From a virus (taxonomy: Duplodnaviria > Caudoviricetes), in the IMG/VR virus record IMGVR_UViG_3300020059_000007, positions 1 through 35,388 of that record: DNA of 35,388 nucleotides; one strand, 5' to 3'. This document shows positions 33,066 to 35,388 of the stretch, piece by piece. Numbering within the stretch: position 1 is the first letter of the stretch; each line of letters starts with the position of its first letter. Position numbers and translations under genes: made by a program. Below the pieces are notes generated by a model. The model was not told where the DNA came from and did not search any database. It was given only the letters and a program-made list of their open reading frames with translations.

Positions 33066-34792
33066 CCAGGGATGATTCCTGTAATTCCAGATTGTGATAA
33101 ACCTATCCAGGTTTGCGTTCCAGATCCACCACCACGTTCTAACCATACAAGAATATGTCGTCCTACCGCAATTGTTGAGTTATAAACTGAAACTGGATTA
33201 AAATTAAGACCACCCGCTAGAACATTGCCACCAAATATACTTGCTGAGTTAACAGTCGTTGAGTCCAAACCTACACCTGTATTTGCAGTAACAGATGATG
33301 TTGAACTTACCGCACTACCTGTATTTACATTTATTGAATCTTCACTAACGCCAATTACAAAATCCAATTGATTAGCAGACGATCCTCTTGCTTGTCTATA
33401 AGCTAAAGTACTATATGTCCAACTAACCGTTGCCTCTACTACCTTCATTTGTCTAGCTACACGGTTGTAGTAATTCCAAACATAACGTTTGGCTTTACTA
33501 TCTTCGGTTTGTCCAGCAACGGCTGTCGTCCTAAATGAACCTACATAGCGCCTATTTATTGCGCCATTTTTTACGTATACGCCGTCTTGAAACATGATAG
33601 CGGTTGCTCTAGTTGTATCATTTGTCCATGCTGTTAATTCAAGCGTTGGCGTACCTGCATTGTCATACACAAATGCATCATACAACTGGTTAGCAACAGC
33701 AGGTACAGCAATGGATAGCTCTGTTAATGTTCTAACATTCCATACAGCAGCCCCATCATAGAGTGCGATCTTGTTACCCTTATAAGGCGTGAAGTATAAG
33801 GTTCCAGCCCCTGTCACATCAGCCGTTGTTACGGGTATGCCAGTTGTAAGTGTAAGTCTGCCAGTACATAGATCATTAGCGGTCAGATTTGCAATGGTGC
33901 CGCCATCTCCAATGGTTCCGGTGACATCTGTGAATATAGCAACATTGCCAATCGTGGTTGCTGCATCTGCCATGACAGCGGTAGTCTTAGCTGCATCAGA
34001 TGCTGCCTTAGTTGCAACCGTTCCTAACCCTAGGTTAGTACGCATGGTAGCTGCCACACCTTCGGATAGGTTGTTTGCGATCTTAAAGAAGCTATTAGGG
34101 CCGAATGAGAACTGTGAGAACAAAATAGGATCAGTATCTACCGTCACAACAGTAGCAGTCTCAAGCCATGAGCTAGTGGCATTTACTGTACCGCCATTAA
34201 CCGCAATCAAAGTACCAGGTTGGATTTCGGCTGCTTGGTCATAGTCTGTGGCACGAGTCAGCACCCAGTTAACAGCGCCAGAACCCACCGTTGTAAGGTT
34301 ATATACCCCATTATGCTGGGTTAGAGTCTGATCCTTAACTAAAATACGTTGGTTAACAGAAGGTGAAGCGCCATCCACACTAAATGCTGCCATTGCACCT
34401 GCATTAGTAAGTGTCGCCCCAACACCAGCACCGGCAGATGTGGCATTAAGGTTAGCTGTGGTTGCATAATCAGCCGCCAGAATGACGGTAAACCCTGATG
34501 CGGTTAAGTCGACATATCCTTTAGAAGCGGCCTCTAAAGCAGTAGACGGTGAGTTTGTCCATAGAATTAATGGTCCTGTCATCGTTCCGCCAGCTTTGGG
34601 CAATAACCCTGCTAGATCAGTATCAAGACCAGTGACTTGGGCAGTGCTTGCCAACTGAACGTTGGCATTAAATAATGTTAAGACCTGTTGTAACGTCTCT
34701 TTATTTGTAACCCCTGATTGTACAGCGGGTATGAGGTCTGTTAATGCTGACCCTGCGGAAGCTGGTAATTGGCTAATTTTCACACCGGCCAT
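33062..34792 (-). CDS. Fibre protein, 576 aa
   Basis: KISQLP N-terminus, LPKAGGTMTG, AASKGYVD, the shared GATLT/RILVKDQ/LTRATD domain, and a C-terminal GRLTLTTG.PV beta domain. Confidence 0.88.
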   Translation of the reverse strand: MAGVKISQLPASAGSALTDLIPAVQSGVTNKETLQQVLTLFNANVQLASTAQVTGLDTDLAGLLPKAGGTMTGPLILWTNSPSTALEAASKGYVDLTASGFTVILAADYATTANLNATSAGAGVGATLTNAGAMAAFSVDGASPSVNQRILVKDQTLTQHNGVYNLTTVGSGAVNWVLTRATDYDQAAEIQPGTLIAVNGGTVNATSSWLETATVVTVDTDPILFSQFSFGPNSFFKIANNLSEGVAATMRTNLGLGTVATKAASDAAKTTAVMADAATTIGNVAIFTDVTGTIGDGGTIANLTANDLCTGRLTLTTGIPVTTADVTGAGTLYFTPYKGNKIALYDGAAVWNVRTLTELSIAVPAVANQLYDAFVYDNAGTPTLELTAWTNDTTRATAIMFQDGVYVKNGAINRRYVGSFRTTAVAGQTEDSKAKRYVWNYYNRVARQMKVVEATVSWTYSTLAYRQARGSSANQLDFVIGVSEDSINVNTGSAVSSTSSVTANTGVGLDSTTVNSASIFGGNVLAGGLNFNPVSVYNSTIAVGRHILVWLERGGGSGTQTWIGLSQSGITGIIPG

Positions 34793-34810
34793 GGCTTAAA
34801 ATCCTTTTAA

Positions 34811-35388
34811 TTATCGAATTCGTCTCGCTGAAATAACACCGTAAGAGGTTGCTGTGCTAACAGTAAAAACACCTAAAGCAACTAAATATACCGTTGTTGT
34901 TGAGGCGATACTTATCCTACATGGCGATAGCCCCATAGTTGGCGTACTATTTGTTCCGGGCACCCATTTTGTAGTAGTAGATGCATTATCGATTGTACCT
35001 CTATTAATGAAAACTGAGGCATTAATAGCAGGAAAAGTAGGTATAGTATTATTAGTTAATGAAATTGCACATCCTACGGTGGTGAATTGAGTTGTAGATG
35101 CACCTATTATAATTAATTGACCTTGGACATCCCAGTCACCGGCAGTTAATGAAATGCTAGTTATTGTTTTGGCAGTATTAGTTACAATTGATACAGCGCT
35201 TCCTGACGCAATGACTGAACTAATATATTCACCAACCTTACCGGCTGCGGCATCGTCATTAGTAGTCGTGCCAACTATTCCGCCAGTAGTTGGATTAAAG
35301 GTAATACTTGATGTTGTAAACGCTGGAAGAGTTGAACTTATACTGGGGACACCACCACTATCAGTTACTAGTACCCCGCTATTAGCTG
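34811..35388 (-). CDS. Fibre protein, C-terminal part (in frame with 1..1078)
   Basis: Hand translation ..ANSGVLVTDSGGVPSISST..GIVGTTTNDDAAAGKVGEYISS..SISLTAGDWDV..ISARRIR*. Confidence 0.88.
   Translation of the reverse strand, partial: ANSGVLVTDSGGVPSISSTLPAFTTSSITFNPTTGGIVGTTTNDDAAAGKVGEYISSVIASGSAVSIVTNTAKTITSISLTAGDWDVQGQLIIIGASTTQFTTVGCAISLTNNTIPTFPAINASVFINRGTIDNASTTTKWVPGTNSTPTMGLSPCRISIASTTTVYLVALGVFTVSTATSYGVISARRIR

Noticed and set aside
33062-35388. DGR or invertase-driven fibre switching
   Set aside because: No reverse transcriptase or invertase, and no near-identical template repeat; the paralogues differ throughout, including at synonymous sites.
1-35388. Host assignment (several small genes feel Legionellales/Coxiellaceae-like)
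   Set aside because: Impression only; it needs homology or CRISPR-spacer searches.

Overview
The window looks like an essentially complete, circularly permuted, AT-rich P22-like podophage genome. A fibre gene on the minus strand leaves at position 1 and re-enters in frame at 35388. The minus strand carries a SF4/AAA_25 helicase module, a nuclease, an M15 endolysin, terS/terL, portal, scaffold, coat, tail adaptor and hub, three ejection proteins and four fibre-like genes. A plus-strand early block (about 25.3-31.6 kb) holds ribbon-helix-helix regulators, a split Sak4-like ATPase, an SSB, a replication initiator with internal iterons and a truncated primase. I see no integrase, CI-type repressor or holin. 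The most striking items are: (1) a stand-alone NrdR zinc-ribbon gene plus a near-consensus NrdR box in the divergent promoter region upstream of the scaffold/coat genes; (2) two related 30-bp quasi-palindromes closely bracketing the lesion-rich early operon; (3) a second candidate origin with GGACA repeats and a perfect 25-bp inverted repeat, near a parS-like site; (4) an antisense EndoVII plus tandem tRNA-Thr cassette between portal and scaffold; (5) a DUF2829/Tad2-like gene. All family assignments come from motif recognition by eye, not database searches.
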